Source: Vulcanimicrobiota bacterium
GTDB taxonomy: Bacteria > Vulcanimicrobiota > Vulcanimicrobiia > Vulcanimicrobiales > Vulcanimicrobiaceae
NCBI GenBank assembly: GCA_963714015.1
Contig: OY970223.1
Location: forward strand, 1,984,001 to 2,048,000
Direction of reading: 5' to 3'
Length of the DNA stretch: 64,000 bases
In this document: in pieces, positions 63,721-64,000 of the stretch
How positions within the stretch are numbered: the stretch's first letter is position 1
How the letters are laid out: each line of letters starts with the position of its first letter
Translations under genes and position numbers: made by a program
Notes under the pieces: generated by a model
Told to the model about the DNA's origin: nothing
Database searches by the model: none
The model's input: the letters and a program-made list of their open reading frames with translations, nothing else

Positions 63721-64000
63721 ACGCCGCTCCCGAGATGCGCTTGACGGCGTACGCCGTCAAGGAATGTCAGCATGTCGCCGCCGCGAGGGCGGCGCCCTGG
63801 GAGGATGTCGCACGTCAGTCCCTTGGTCTCTTGAATATGGACGTTGGGATCCAACGTGATGTGCAGCAGGTCGTTGGCACTGTCGCCGGTGACCAATCCT
63901 TTGCGCCCGAAGTGATACGGCAATCCGACGCTGTGCAGCACGGTGCCGTTCGATCTGCTCGGCCGCACGCGGCTTGTAACCATTACGCGCGCCTCGATCA
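63717..64000 (-). CDS. Formate dehydrogenase alpha subunit, C-terminal fragment (runs off window)
   Basis: Molybdopterin dinucleotide-binding end VGLPYHFG..GDSANDL..DPNVHIQETK..C. Confidence 0.88.
   Translation of the reverse strand, partial: IEARVMVTSRVRPSRSNGTVLHSVGLPYHFGRKGLVTGDSANDLLHITLDPNVHIQETKGLTCDILPGRRPRGGDMLTFLDGVRRQAHLGSGV

Overview
High-GC bacterial chromosomal segment from a diderm (two TonB-dependent-receptor-like genes) that has a Firmicutes/Actinobacteria-type LexA box. The gene repertoire resembles Candidatus Eremiobacterota/Vulcanimicrobiota, but that is an inference only. The housekeeping backbone is cheA-cheW (partial), imuA-imuB-dnaE2, rlmD-gatCAB-mutS2, tyrS, hslO, aroQ, hup, tRNA-Pro(GGG), rnhA and rpoB, plus an Mrp-type antiporter cluster and the 3' end of a formate dehydrogenase operon. 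About 20 frame breaks occur, nearly all single-base insertions and including rpoB and gatB, so they are most likely long-read errors; I reconstructed genes across them. The most interesting candidates are: (1) a BlaI repressor / BlaR1-type M56 protease whose extracytoplasmic sensor is a pentapeptide-repeat beta-helix, followed by a similar secreted pentapeptide-repeat protein, with a clear two-operator promoter; (2) an in-frame fusion of a secreted two-domain multicopper oxidase to a ZIP metal transporter; (3) a polytopic membrane uORF that appears to end in a RAPP ribosome-arrest motif directly upstream of a TonB-dependent receptor; (4) an orphan rpoB with a basic N-terminal extension, a long Glu-rich tail and a DnaA box in its leader; (5) a structured ~85-nt leader or sRNA upstream of a DHA2 efflux gene; (6) an MrpA-less Mrp cluster next to FDH-NrfD. 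No CRISPR array, rRNA, transposase or integrase was seen.
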